Part shown: one piece after another, positions 16,674-23,922 of the stretch | How positions within the stretch are numbered: the first letter of the stretch is position 1 | Layout: each line of letters begins with the position of its first letter | From: Bellilinea caldifistulae | GTDB lineage: Bacteria > Chloroflexota > Anaerolineae > Anaerolineales > Anaerolineaceae | Reading direction: 5' to 3' | NCBI RefSeq assembly: GCF_001306055.1 | Contig: NZ_LGHJ01000014.1 | Location: 1 to 32,000, forward strand | Length of the DNA: 32,000 bases | Position numbers and translations under genes: made by a program | Notes under the pieces: model-generated | Told to the model about the DNA's origin: nothing | Databases searched by the model: none | Seen by the model: only the letters and a program-made list of their open reading frames with translations

Positions 16674-17660
16674 ATGTCTCGATTTGCTACCATCATTGGA
16701 ACGGGTCACTATCTGCCGCCAATTGAACGCCCTAACCGGGAAATGCGCGAGCGTTTCGGCGAAGTGATTGATAAGTTCGAAGCCTCGTCTGGCATTACCA
16801 CCCGCTGGTACGCCCCGGATGACTGGGTAACCTCGGATCTGGCGGTAGAAGCTGCGCGGGAGGCATTGAAAGACGCCGGCATCCAGGCCGAGGATCTGGA
16901 CATGATCATTCTGGGCACCGACAGCCCCGACTACATTACCCCGGCCACCTCGGTGGTCGTTCAGCACAAATTGGGGGCCGTCAAGGCCGGCACATTTGAT
17001 ATTGGATGTGCGTGTGCGTCGTTTCCTACCGGCCTGAACATCGCTGCCGGATTGCTGGCAACCTCTTACCAGATGAAATATGTGCTGGTGGTGGGTGCTT
17101 ATATGATGCACAAATTGTGCGACTGGCAAAATGATGTGATGTCCTTCTTCTACGGCGATGGGGCCGGTGCCGCGGTATTGACCTATTCGGATAAGCCGGG
17201 TTTCATCAGCTCAACCTTCTTTGCGGATGGTTCTTACCACAAACATTGGGGAATTTACTCCGGTGGCACCTACGAACCGGCAACGGTGGAAAGTGTGCAG
17301 GCCGGCCGAACGCAGGTGCGCTTCATCACTCCCTTCCCGCCGGAGGTCAATAACGAGGGCTGGCCGAAGCGGATGCGCGAACTGGCCGCCAACGGCAATT
17401 TTGACCTGCAGGATGTGGACATGGCGCTGTACACTCAGGTGCGCCTGAACAGCATCAAACTGGTGCAGGAAACCCTCGGTCTGCCGCTGGAAAAGACCCA
17501 CTGGATCATGGATAAATGGGGCTATACCGGTTCGGCTTGCATTCCAATGGTGTTTGATGACGCCCGTAAACAGGGCAAGATCAAATCCGGCGATCTGGTG
17601 ACCTTTGTCGGTTCGGGGGTGGGCTACAATCAGGCCGGTTCAGCCTTCATTATGCCCTGA
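16674..17660 (+). CDS. KAS III (FabH)-fold protein with a degenerate catalytic triad (Cys retained; His and Asn replaced)
   Basis: FabH-like blocks are DIGCACASF (Cys114), FYGDGAGAAVL and a C-terminal GSGVGYNQAGSAF. The HQAN block reads YTQVR (His to Thr254). The GNTSAAS block reads GYTGSAC (Asn to Tyr284). The SD AAGGAGG is at 16654-16660. ATG 16674 is preferred over TTG 16650. Confidence 0.85.
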   Translation: MSRFATIIGTGHYLPPIERPNREMRERFGEVIDKFEASSGITTRWYAPDDWVTSDLAVEAAREALKDAGIQAEDLDMIILGTDSPDYITPATSVVVQHKLGAVKAGTFDIGCACASFPTGLNIAAGLLATSYQMKYVLVVGAYMMHKLCDWQNDVMSFFYGDGAGAAVLTYSDKPGFISSTFFADGSYHKHWGIYSGGTYEPATVESVQAGRTQVRFITPFPPEVNNEGWPKRMRELAANGNFDLQDVDMALYTQVRLNSIKLVQETLGLPLEKTHWIMDKWGYTGSACIPMVFDDARKQGKIKSGDLVTFVGSGVGYNQAGSAFIMP

Positions 17661-17673
17661 TGGCAGGAGGAGT

Positions 17674-19038
17674 ATGAATCCCGCTGAAGTCTATAAAAGT
17701 AAATTGATCTCCATCCCCGAGGCGGTCAGCCTTGTTCAATCTCACCAGACGATTGGGGTGGCGATTGCTGCTTCGGAGCCGCCAGGATTGTTGAGCGAAT
17801 TGGGCAATCACAAGGATCGCCTGGAAGATGTGACGGTGTGGGTGTGCCTGCCCTTACGGGCGTATGAATATGCTACCAACCCGGAGATGGCTGGCCACTT
17901 CTTTGTGGAAAACTGGTTTTATGGCGCGCCGGATCGCAAAGTTCACCCGCAGGGGCGCATGTCTTACATCCCCAATAATCTGCACCGTGCCTCGACCGAT
18001 AAATTGCTTGCCAGTGGCGGCAAAGTCAACATCTTTTGGGGAACGGCTACCCCGCCTGACTCGCGCGGCTATCTTTCGCTTTCTCTGGGGCTGGTTATCG
18101 AAAAACAATTGATGGAAGCCGCCGATCTGGTCGTTTTGGAAATCAACGAAAACCTGCCGTATACCCTCGGCGATACGCAGGTGCACATTTCGGAAGTGGA
18201 TTATGTTGTAGAAAACCATGTGCCGTTGTTTGAACTGCCTCCTGCTCCGCCAAGCGAAGCCGAACAGGCGATTGGCGGTTATATTGCCGATTTGATTCAA
18301 GACGGTTCCACGCTACAACTGGGCATCGGCGGCATCCCCAATGCCATTACTCCCTTCCTGATGAACCGCCGGGATCTGGGCATTCATACCGAGATGTTTA
18401 CAGATGGCATGGTGGATTTGTACGAAGCCGGGGTGGTGACTAACCGCCGAAAAACGCTCTGGAAAGGCAAAATGGTGGGGGCATTTGCGCTGGGCACCCG
18501 CAAGCTGTATGACTTTGTGGATCGCAATCTGGGGGTGGAGTTTCAGCAGGGCAAAGTGACCAACGATCCGTTTGTGATTGGCCAGAACTACCGCATGATC
18601 AGTGTCAATACCGCCTTGCAGGTAGATTTGTTCGGACAGGTCTGCTCGCAAAGCATCGGTTATCGCCATTTCAGCGGAACGGGCGGACAACTGGACACGC
18701 ACCGCGGCGCACAGCTTTCCCCCGGTGGACGCGGAATCATTGCCCTGCGCTCCACAGCGCGGGATGGACAGATTTCGACGATTGTACCCATCCTCTCGGA
18801 AGGCGCCGAAGTGACTGTGCCCAGTCAGGATGTGGATACGATTGTGACCGAGTACGGGGTGGCCGAACTACGCGGGCGCTGTGTGCGCGATCGCATGGAA
18901 GCCCTGATACGGATTGCCCACCCCGACTTTCGCGAGTGGCTGCGCGAGGAAGCCCACCGGCTGGGGATTGTCCCCCGCCTGGTTGTGCCGGGGGTGCGCC
19001 TTGCTGAACAAGAAGCCAGACCATCATCCGATTCATAA
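17674..19038 (+). CDS. Family I CoA-transferase of the acetyl-CoA hydrolase / 4-hydroxybutyrate CoA-transferase type
   Basis: The length is 454 aa. GIHTEMFTDGMVDL holds the catalytic Glu context, and FSGTGGQLD is the GGQxD motif. The SD AGGAGG sits in the 13-nt spacer after the preceding stop. Confidence 0.9.
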   Translation: MNPAEVYKSKLISIPEAVSLVQSHQTIGVAIAASEPPGLLSELGNHKDRLEDVTVWVCLPLRAYEYATNPEMAGHFFVENWFYGAPDRKVHPQGRMSYIPNNLHRASTDKLLASGGKVNIFWGTATPPDSRGYLSLSLGLVIEKQLMEAADLVVLEINENLPYTLGDTQVHISEVDYVVENHVPLFELPPAPPSEAEQAIGGYIADLIQDGSTLQLGIGGIPNAITPFLMNRRDLGIHTEMFTDGMVDLYEAGVVTNRRKTLWKGKMVGAFALGTRKLYDFVDRNLGVEFQQGKVTNDPFVIGQNYRMISVNTALQVDLFGQVCSQSIGYRHFSGTGGQLDTHRGAQLSPGGRGIIALRSTARDGQISTIVPILSEGAEVTVPSQDVDTIVTEYGVAELRGRCVRDRMEALIRIAHPDFREWLREEAHRLGIVPRLVVPGVRLAEQEARPSSDS

Positions 19039-19051
19039 ACAGGAGGAAATC

Positions 19052-20116
19052 ATGAACATGCCTCAACCTCTACCGGGTGTAACGTCGCAGATGATTCAAA
19101 CCCCGCGCCTGAACCTGCACGTTTTGACAAGCGGAGATGCGGCCGGTGTACCGGTGATCTTTCTGCATGGGAATTTTTCGGCTGCTCTTTACTGGGAGGA
19201 GACCATGCTGGCTCTGCCGGCCGGTTTTCGGGCAATTGCTCCGGATTTGCGCGGTTACGGCTGGACAGAAGATGTGCTGATCAATTCGACCCGCGGTTAC
19301 CGGGACTGGTGCGATGACCTCGCGGCTTTGATGGATGTGCTGGGTGTGGAAAAGGCGCATCTGGTGGGCTGGTCAATGGGTGCGGGCATCATTTACCGGT
19401 TTATCGGTGATTTTCCTGCCCGCGTACTGAGCGCAACCCTCATTTGTCCGGTTTCACCGTACGGTTTTGGCGGCACCAAGGGAGTAGAAGGTACGCCGTT
19501 GTTTGAGGATCATGCCGGCTCCGGCGGTGGAGTGGTCAATCAGGAATTTGTCAAGCGCATTCAGGCACAAGACCGTTCCAGTGATGACCCCAACTCCCCA
19601 CGAAATATCATCAACGCCTTTTATTATGTGCCGCCCTTCCGCGCCGCACGGGAGGAGGAATTTCTGACCGCATCCTTGATGGAAAAAACCGGCCCAGACC
19701 GTTATCCGGGAGATTTCGTTCCCTCGCCCAACTGGCCGTTCGTGGCGCCAGGGGTGCACGGGCCGGTCAATTGCTGGTCATTGAAATATCTCAAGGCGGA
19801 TGTACCGGACCTGCTGGCTGCTCAGCCAAAACCGCCTGTGCTGTGGGTGCGTGGTAGCCACGACCTGATTGTTTCGGACACCTCGTTTTTCGATATTGCC
19901 AATCTAGGCAAACTGGGGTACGTACCCGGCTGGCCGGGTGATGAGGTGGCGCCACCTCAGCCCATGTTGCAGCAAACCCGCGCTGTTCTTGAAAAATACG
20001 CGGCTGCCGGGGGGGCCTATGAGGAGCATGTCATCGAAAATACCGCCCACAGCCCGCACATCGAAAAACCGGATGTGTTTAATGCATTGTTCCACGAATT
20101 CTTGAAGAAAGCCTGA
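19052..20116 (+). CDS. Alpha/beta-fold hydrolase (Ser-Asp-His)
   Basis: IFLHGNFSAALYWEE forms the oxyanion region. The nucleophile elbow is GWSMGAG. Candidate Asp and His are in RGSHDLIV and NTAHSPHIE. The SD AGGAGG sits in a 13-nt spacer. Confidence 0.85.
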   Translation: MNMPQPLPGVTSQMIQTPRLNLHVLTSGDAAGVPVIFLHGNFSAALYWEETMLALPAGFRAIAPDLRGYGWTEDVLINSTRGYRDWCDDLAALMDVLGVEKAHLVGWSMGAGIIYRFIGDFPARVLSATLICPVSPYGFGGTKGVEGTPLFEDHAGSGGGVVNQEFVKRIQAQDRSSDDPNSPRNIINAFYYVPPFRAAREEEFLTASLMEKTGPDRYPGDFVPSPNWPFVAPGVHGPVNCWSLKYLKADVPDLLAAQPKPPVLWVRGSHDLIVSDTSFFDIANLGKLGYVPGWPGDEVAPPQPMLQQTRAVLEKYAAAGGAYEEHVIENTAHSPHIEKPDVFNALFHEFLKKA

Positions 20117-20129
20117 AGGAGAAATTTTT

Positions 20130-21392
20130 ATGAGCCAACGGAAATTAGGGCGAGGTGTGGCCGTTGTGGGTGCCGGCATGAGCAAGTTCGGCTGTTACAA
20201 CGGCATGGCCACACGGGATATCTTTGTTGAGGCTTATCGCGAAATGCTGTCCTCGGTTGACCGGGGTTTTGATCCGCATGACATTGAAGCCGTTTACATC
20301 GGCAACTACTCCGGCGATCTGTTTGAGGGTCAGGCGCACATGGCTCCACTGATGACCGATTGGGTGGGGCTTGCTCCTCGACCGGCAACCCGGGTCGAGG
20401 ATGCCTGCGCCAGCGGATCGGCGGCTCTGCGGCAAGGGATGCTGGCGGTGGCTTCCGGTTTGTACGATATGGTGATGGTTGGCGGGGTGGAGAAGATGAG
20501 TGAGCTGCCCACCGAGCGGGTAACCGATACGCTGGCAACCGCCTCGGATGTGATTTATGAGGCGGCGGTTGGTTTTACCTTCCCGGCGTTATATGCAGCC
20601 ATGGCAACTGCTTACCTGCACGAATATGGGGCCGACCCGGAAGTTTTTTTGCAGGTGGGTTACAAGAACCATGAACATGGCGCTCTGAACCCCAAAGCCC
20701 AATTCGGGCAGCGTATTCAGGAAATCATGGAAGCGCGCAAAGCCAGTGCAGCCCGCAAAGGTCTGCCCATTCCGGAGTGGAAAGATGAGTTTGAGTTTTT
20801 ACACGATCCGCGCGCCAATCCTTATATTGCCTGGCCGCTGCGGTTATACGACTGCTCACCAATTTCGGATGGGGCTGCAGTGGTCTTGCTGGTAAGTGAG
20901 GATCTTGCCCGCCGGTTCAGCGACGTACCGCTTTACATCATCGGCAGCGGGCAAGCCAGCGATGCCGCTACCCACGATCGGTCAACCCTGACCTCATTGC
21001 CGGCCGCCCGCCGGGCCGCCCGGCAGGCTTATGAGATGGCCAGAATCACCCCGCAGGATGTGGATGCGGTGGAAGTGCATGACTGCTTCACGATTGCGGA
21101 AATCATCGCCAGCGAGGATCTGGGCTTTTTTGCCCCCGGTGAGGGCTGGAAGGCAGCCGAGGACGGGGTGACTTCGTTGAAGGGAAATCGTCCGATCAAC
21201 TCTTCCGGTGGATTGAAATCCAAGGGTCATCCGGTCGGGGCTTCGGGTGTGGGGCAGGTAGTGGAGATCTGGCATCAATTGCGCGGCGAAGCGGGTGAGC
21301 GGCAGATTCCCGGCAGCCCCGCCATTGGTTTAACCCACAATGTCGGCGGCACCGGCCAGACCTGTGTGGTGAACATCTTTGAACGGAGATGA
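20130..21392 (+). CDS. SCP-x / archaeal-type thiolase (acetyl-CoA C-acyltransferase family, DUF35-partnered type)
   Basis: The N-terminus is VAVVGAGMSKFG. The nucleophile context is RVEDACASGSAAL (Cys93, nt 20406-20408). The C-terminal blocks are GGLKSKGHPVGASG and THNVGGTG. The SD AGGAG sits in a 13-nt spacer. Confidence 0.9.
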   Translation: MSQRKLGRGVAVVGAGMSKFGCYNGMATRDIFVEAYREMLSSVDRGFDPHDIEAVYIGNYSGDLFEGQAHMAPLMTDWVGLAPRPATRVEDACASGSAALRQGMLAVASGLYDMVMVGGVEKMSELPTERVTDTLATASDVIYEAAVGFTFPALYAAMATAYLHEYGADPEVFLQVGYKNHEHGALNPKAQFGQRIQEIMEARKASAARKGLPIPEWKDEFEFLHDPRANPYIAWPLRLYDCSPISDGAAVVLLVSEDLARRFSDVPLYIIGSGQASDAATHDRSTLTSLPAARRAARQAYEMARITPQDVDAVEVHDCFTIAEIIASEDLGFFAPGEGWKAAEDGVTSLKGNRPINSSGGLKSKGHPVGASGVGQVVEIWHQLRGEAGERQIPGSPAIGLTHNVGGTGQTCVVNIFERR

Positions 21393-21396
21393 GTGG

Positions 21397-21816
21397 ATGA
21401 GCGAAAACGGAGTGTATACCCATCAATTTTCTGAACATCTGGCGCAGCAGCATTTGACCGGTTCGCGGTGTAAAAAATGCGGGAGGCGGTTTTTCCCGCC
21501 GCGCATTTGGTGCCCGGATTGTCAGCAAAACGATCTGGAAGCCAGCGAATTTTCCGGAAGGGGCAAACTGGCTGCATTTACGGTGGTGTACGTTGCCCCA
21601 ACAGCCATGCTGGCTGCCGGTTATGACCGCAAAAATCCCTATTGTGTGGGGGTGGTAGAGTTAGAAGAAGGGGAACGCATCCCTGCCCAGATATTCGGTG
21701 TGGATGTTCATCACCCGGAAACGATCAAAATAGGGGCTCCGCTTAAGGCGGTTTTTGTGGAACGCGGTGATGGAGAAGGAAAAAAAGTCGTGTTAGGTTT
21801 TGAGGCGTTGGAGTGA
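21397..21816 (+). CDS. DUF35 family protein (N-terminal Zn ribbon + OB fold), thiolase-associated
   Basis: CKKCGRRFFPPRIWCPDCQ is a four-Cys ribbon, followed by an OB-fold-like GKLAAFTVVY...VGVVELEEGERIPAQI. ATG 21397 is 4 nt after the thiolase stop, with GGAG 8 nt upstream. Confidence 0.85.
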   Translation: MSENGVYTHQFSEHLAQQHLTGSRCKKCGRRFFPPRIWCPDCQQNDLEASEFSGRGKLAAFTVVYVAPTAMLAAGYDRKNPYCVGVVELEEGERIPAQIFGVDVHHPETIKIGAPLKAVFVERGDGEGKKVVLGFEALE

Positions 21817-22323
21817 GTGACTCTCGCTGTTCTGCATCATCTTCAAAGGCAGCCAATGGAAACTGACTTGCCGGATCCATCCAATCGCCGTCATCTTCAA
21901 CCGGAGTGGAGCGTGGGAAAGCGCGCCGCGTTGGTCAAGACAATTCAGCCGGCCGATCTGGAAAATTATGCCCGCCTGATGCGAGCAGATCGCGAGACAA
22001 TCGAGAAGGTGGAACACTCTGAGAGTGATCAAGAAGAGCGCACCGCAGTGCCCACCATGTTCCTCGGCGGATTAATCGGCGCAGCCATCCAGCAATATTT
22101 TTGTGAATCCGGTTCAATGTGCCTGAATCAGTATCTCGAATTCATCGCACCAGCGTACACTGGTGATACTGTGACGGCCGTCCTGGAGGTTGATCACGTG
22201 CAGACTGACCGTCCCATCCTTAGGTTGAAAACAGCCTGTACCAATCAAAACGGGCAAGCGTTGGTTACCGGTCAGGCTGTCATTCTCATGCCACAAGGAG
22301 GTGAGCCGCGATCGAAAAGTTAA
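21817..22323 (+). CDS. MaoC-like (R-hydratase-type) hotdog-fold protein lacking the canonical Asp/His dyad
   Basis: It aligns by eye along its length with PhaJ-type hydratases (VGKRAALVKTIQPADLENYA...; C-terminal GDTVTAVLEVDHVQTDRPILRLKTACTNQNGQALVTGQAVILMP). The hydratase motif region reads LMRADRETI instead of S-x-D-x-N-P-x-H. GTG 21817 abuts the DUF35 stop. ATG 21856 is an alternative start. Confidence 0.7.
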   Translation: MTLAVLHHLQRQPMETDLPDPSNRRHLQPEWSVGKRAALVKTIQPADLENYARLMRADRETIEKVEHSESDQEERTAVPTMFLGGLIGAAIQQYFCESGSMCLNQYLEFIAPAYTGDTVTAVLEVDHVQTDRPILRLKTACTNQNGQALVTGQAVILMPQGGEPRSKS

Positions 22324-22401
22324 CCTGAATTGCGGGCTTCTACCGTTGGGTAGACCAAGTCTAAAAGATTTCCCAATTCAATTCATCCGAAGGAGAAGAA
22401 A

Positions 22402-23784
22402 ATGAAAAGGTTGTTGACCATTTTGACTGTGTTGATCCTGGCTTCTTTGGTGCTGGGCGCCTGCGTGCAGCAGGTTACACCCACCGCCGAGCCAACCCAG
22501 CCGCCTGCCCCGACTCAGGCACCGCCCCCCACCCAGGCTCCGACCAAGGCTCCAGAACCGGTGCAAACCGAAGAACCAGTGGTGGAGCTCGGCCCGGTGC
22601 TGAAGATTGGGCAGATCGGCCAGCTTTCCGGTGCGCTGGCACTGTATGGTTTACAACAAACGCGCGGCTTTGAACTGGGGCTGGAATACGCCTCTGGCGG
22701 AAAGACAGATGAAGCCGGCCGCTATATCATTGCTAATCGTCCGGTGGAAGTGCTGGTGCGCGATGATGAAGGCAATCCCGAAAAAGCGGTACAACTGGCA
22801 CGCGAACTGATCGAAAAAGACGGTGTCGAGATCATTCAGGGACCCTCCAGCTCGGCTTCGGCAGCGGCGCTGACCACGGTTGCACTGGAAAACAAGATCA
22901 TCCTGATGGTTGACCCGGCTGCCTCGGCTTTCATTACCGGTCAGTACTTCAATCCATATGTCTTCCGCACCTCGCGAACCAACTACGATGATGTGCTGGT
23001 GATTGCCAAGTACCTGGTTGAGAATGTTGGTTCAAAATTTGCCCACATTGGCATTGATAACGCATTTGGACGCGGCTCCGGTGCGGCGCTGGCTTACGCG
23101 GTGGCGCAATACGGCGGCGAGGTGATTGCCGACATTTACGCTCCACTGGAAACCACCGACTTTACCCCCTACATCCAACAAGCGATGGATTCAGGTGCGG
23201 ACTGCCTGTTCCTGACCTGGGCTGGCACCGGCTATGTGACCCTCTTCCAGCAGTTAGGTGACCTCGGCGCATTGGATCAGATGCAGGTTGCTACCGGCTT
23301 TGGCGATAACGCCTCCTTTGCGGCAGTTTACGGTGCGGCGGTGGGGCAAATCGGGTTGAATGTCTACCACTACACCGCTGCCAATACCGAAATCAACAAG
23401 TGGCTGACCGAAAAGCACCTTGAAAAATACAACGAACCGCCCGATTTGTTCACGGCCGGCGGTATGGCTTCGGCACTGGCGCTGGCGGCTGCACTGGAAA
23501 AGACCGGCGGTGATGCTTCCGGCGATGCGATGATCCCGGCGCTGGAAGGCTTGAAATTTGAAGGCCCGAAAGGTACTTACTACATTCGGCCAGAAGATCA
23601 TGTCTGCCTGCAGCCGATGAACATCCTCAAACTGGTGGACATCAACCCGCCGCTGGATGACAAGGGCCGCCCGACCTATAAATTCTTCGAGACGGTTTAC
23701 GTGACCAAATACGATGAACTGGCAGTGCCCTGCACGCTGACCGGAGAGTACGAATCGCGCTGCGGTGACCTGCCGCGCCCGTAA
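22402..23784 (+). CDS. ABC transporter substrate-binding lipoprotein, LivK / family-4 (Peripla_BP_6-like)
   Basis: The signal peptide with lipobox is MKRLLTILTVLILASLVLGAC. A Pro/Thr/Ala/Gln linker follows (about nt 22474-22575). The type I periplasmic-binding fold is then seen (LKIGQIGQLSGALALYG...). The SD GAAGGAG lies upstream. Confidence 0.9.
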   Translation: MKRLLTILTVLILASLVLGACVQQVTPTAEPTQPPAPTQAPPPTQAPTKAPEPVQTEEPVVELGPVLKIGQIGQLSGALALYGLQQTRGFELGLEYASGGKTDEAGRYIIANRPVEVLVRDDEGNPEKAVQLARELIEKDGVEIIQGPSSSASAAALTTVALENKIILMVDPAASAFITGQYFNPYVFRTSRTNYDDVLVIAKYLVENVGSKFAHIGIDNAFGRGSGAALAYAVAQYGGEVIADIYAPLETTDFTPYIQQAMDSGADCLFLTWAGTGYVTLFQQLGDLGALDQMQVATGFGDNASFAAVYGAAVGQIGLNVYHYTAANTEINKWLTEKHLEKYNEPPDLFTAGGMASALALAAALEKTGGDASGDAMIPALEGLKFEGPKGTYYIRPEDHVCLQPMNILKLVDINPPLDDKGRPTYKFFETVYVTKYDELAVPCTLTGEYESRCGDLPRP

Positions 23785-23794
23785 GTATGATCAA

Positions 23795-23876
23795 GTGGGA
23801 TGGCTTGGCTCTCGATGGCTGCCATCCCACCAGATTGACAAGTGGTGGCAGCCGTTGGGTGAAAGGCGGCTGTCAC
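23795..23876 (+). other. Intercistronic GC-rich stem-loops with a mutually exclusive middle helix
   Basis: H1 pairs GTGGGATGGC (23795-23804) with GCCATCCCAC (23821-23830). H3 pairs GTGGCAGCCG (23845-23854) with CGGCTGTCAC (23867-23876) and includes one G-U. The alternative H2 pairs 23813-23826 with 23844-23857 (about 14 bp including wobbles) and excludes both H1 and H3. The T run at 23895-23900 is too far away for a canonical terminator. Confidence 0.4.
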
Positions 23877-23922
23877 CCCTCCCTGTTGATTAATCTTTTT
23901 TGAGAAGCGAAAGGGACCTTCC

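Noticed and set aside
15871-17660. FabG + FabH as the housekeeping type II fatty acid synthase initiation genes.
   Set aside because: No acpP, fabD, fabF or fabZ genes are nearby. The FabH-like protein lacks the catalytic His and Asn. The genes are embedded with a CoA-transferase, thiolase and DUF35 under a dedicated regulator.
15871-20116. OleABCD-like olefin/beta-lactone pathway (FabH-like condensing enzyme + reductase + alpha/beta hydrolase).
   Set aside because: There is no OleC-type AMP-dependent synthetase. The reductase is FabG-type rather than OleD (3-beta-HSD-like). The hydrolase has a Ser nucleophile (GWSMG) rather than the Asp nucleophile of OleB/haloalkane dehalogenase types. The KAS III-like protein lacks the His and Asn that OleA retains.
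22474-22575. Apparent nucleotide or peptide tandem repeat (PTQ/APT units) near the 5' end of the binding-protein gene.
   Set aside because: It is in frame and encodes a Pro/Thr/Ala/Gln tether between the lipobox Cys and the folded domain. That is a common low-complexity linker, not a repeat element or CRISPR-like array.
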